Positions 62,317-64,000 of a stretch of DNA of 64,000 bases are shown here, in pieces. The notes beneath the pieces were generated by a model that saw nothing but the letters and a program-made list of their open reading frames with translations, was not told where the DNA came from and did no database searches. The stretch spans positions 62,001 through 126,000 of the IMG/VR virus record IMGVR_UViG_3300046542_000291. The stretch is one strand, 5' to 3'. Position 1 is the stretch's first letter; every line of letters starts with the position of its first letter. The position numbers were made by a program, and so were the translations under genes.

Positions 62317-63168
62317 CTACAGCTTAAGGATATCCTTGCTCACGACTCGTTGCCCATCGAACATAGCCGCTGTGACTGGTTCTGCACCTTCGTACATAAC
62401 GTCGGAGCGGTTTACCACGGTGGTGATCGGCGGCATGGCCAGGATCTTAACAATCGAACGCCGTACAACCAGATCAGGATTACTGAAGTAGTTGTGCTTT
62501 GGTGGCAGCTCGCTGATCTCTTCTGGAGTGAACGGCCGAGTAACCGTAGACCGCTGGATGTACGTGCCCCGTTTAAATGCTACGGGGAAACGATTCCAGT
62601 TGATACCCTTGTCCATGAGCATGTCTTTGATCTGTTTGCCGTTCTTCCGGTAGATACCACTGTGTCCGAACTCAGCGTGGCCGACCATCTGAAGAGAGTT
62701 CTTGGTAGCATCCCATTCACGCCAAACAAACGTGTTGGTCCCTTCTGCCCGATTGGGTACATTGTAAACCCGGGCATCGAACTCAGGATCACGGTCTGCG
62801 TATTCCGGCATGAACTTGAGCACTTCTTGATAGAAGATACGGGTAGCCTTAGCCGCCAACCGAGAGATCATCTTCGACACACGGCCATCGAACCACACTT
62901 GATACTTCAGTGAGGTGGAGTGCCAGGTGAGAGTGATCTCATCAGACTGGGTAAAGCCCATTGAAGCCCCAGTCTCCTCTACCAACTTACGGCAAGTCTC
63001 AATCATGCATTGCTGCATCATCAAGTCGTAAGGTCGGTCCATACCACGGGTGAACTTACTGAAGCCCGCGCCGTCAATACGGGCCACGATTGGTAATAAC
63101 GGCATGAAGCGCTGTTGCAGGAAGTCCTGCTCATACATCTTCATCCGATCGCCGAGTTTGTCAGTCAT
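62317..63168 (-). CDS. tRNA(His) guanylyltransferase / Thg1-like 3'-5' polymerase
   Basis: RMKMYE, ARIDGAGFSKFT, QSDEI, FDGRVSK, FDAR, WREWDATKNS, KRGT. Confidence 0.93.
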   Translation of the reverse strand: MTDKLGDRMKMYEQDFLQQRFMPLLPIVARIDGAGFSKFTRGMDRPYDLMMQQCMIETCRKLVEETGASMGFTQSDEITLTWHSTSLKYQVWFDGRVSKMISRLAAKATRIFYQEVLKFMPEYADRDPEFDARVYNVPNRAEGTNTFVWREWDATKNSLQMVGHAEFGHSGIYRKNGKQIKDMLMDKGINWNRFPVAFKRGTYIQRSTVTRPFTPEEISELPPKHNYFSNPDLVVRRSIVKILAMPPITTVVNRSDVMYEGAEPVTAAMFDGQRVVSKDILKL

Positions 63169-63860
63169 TTAGATTCCCCAAGATGCTTTGTCAAAGCGAT
63201 CCATGCGTCGCTTCCGTACCCGCCGATCGAGGATAACCAATCGGGAAGCCTCACGTCGCTCTCGTTTACAACTCTTCGGAGGTTCTCGGCGAACCCATAT
63301 TTCCGGTACGCTGACCACCTTACCCCGCCGAATGCGTTCCACTGTGTCCATTGTAGTTCTCCACGAATTGCCAGCAACAGCAGCGGCTCGTTTTTATCCA
63401 GGGGTTGGGTATGGTCAGCTTCTGGAATGTACCATACCAAGTCAGCACGGCGATGCCATCGCTGATGGCGCTCGACCTTCTCCGCGATATCTTTGAGCAC
63501 ACGTGCCATTACGTCGGCAAAGGTGTTCTTCTTGTTTTGTTGGATTGGCTTTTTGGTATAGGGGTTGACTTCATCCTTACCGCCGTAACAGGTAGCGCTG
63601 GCGAACAACTCAAAAGGCCGATGGTAAAGATCGAACCTATCGTATCTGTCACTGGACAGGTCAGCTTCAAAATCAAAGAACGTTCTCTGACTCAACATAA
63701 GGTCAGCGATATGGCGCTCACCCCGCATCCAGTACGGTTGTAGTTTGTGACGGGTATCAGATGGAAAAACGGGAAGTACCCCTGAATCAAACCAATTCAG
63801 TTGAGGCTCAGTGATTTGTAGAAACGCATCACCTGGCAGAAAAACGATTTTCGGTTCCAT
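63165..63860 (-). CDS. hypothetical protein
   Basis: start moved to MEPKI (GGAG RBS). Confidence 0.8.
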   Translation of the reverse strand: MEPKIVFLPGDAFLQITEPQLNWFDSGVLPVFPSDTRHKLQPYWMRGERHIADLMLSQRTFFDFEADLSSDRYDRFDLYHRPFELFASATCYGGKDEVNPYTKKPIQQNKKNTFADVMARVLKDIAEKVERHQRWHRRADLVWYIPEADHTQPLDKNEPLLLLAIRGELQWTQWNAFGGVRWSAYRKYGFAENLRRVVNESDVRLPDWLSSIGGYGSDAWIALTKHLGESK

Positions 63861-64000
63861 GTTTACTCCAAAGGTTGGATTGTAGTGCAACGTCTCCAGT
63901 TCGGAATCTCTACCGATAACGGGCAGTGATTCGTGGTGTGTTGCTGGCGGCTTCTTTTGAGGGCCGTCTTATGGATCTGTCTGTAGAGACGTTTATAACC

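Overview
64-kb segment of a phiKZ-like jumbo phage genome, most likely a Pseudomonas phage (inferred from gene content and promoter motif, not from a database hit). About 120 densely packed genes all lie on the minus strand; the long plus-strand ORFs are antisense shadows. Transcription signals: repeated CTATATTAC motifs (matching the phiKZ early-promoter consensus TATATTAC) and about 20 GC-rich cUUCGg hairpin terminators. Recognisable enzymes: ATP-dependent RNA ligase (DRB0094/Rnl5-like), RtcB, BCS1-like AAA ATPase, adjacent Prs-like and NAMPT-like genes (NARP1-type NAD+ reconstitution), an enlarged thymidylate synthase, an SspB-like ClpXP adaptor, NAD-dependent DNA ligase, dCTP deaminase, a Thg1-like protein, an SPFH lipoprotein, a GNAT, GIY-YIG proteins, an ART-fold protein and an Ig-domain protein. 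Most other genes are small hypotheticals that fall into at least a dozen paralog families seen by eye. Best candidates for undescribed biology: (1) eight diverged genes (17.5-23.3 kb) whose products all end in an amphipathic ...AFAES[IV]N[ST]-COOH tail; (2) a phage SspB-like adaptor together with six phage proteins ending in an ssrA-like -AA degron; (3) a ~150-nt non-coding unit carrying a perfect rrn boxA and a tRNA T-loop hairpin; (4) two consensus host sigma70 promoters driving single-gene cassettes. All family assignments were made by eye.
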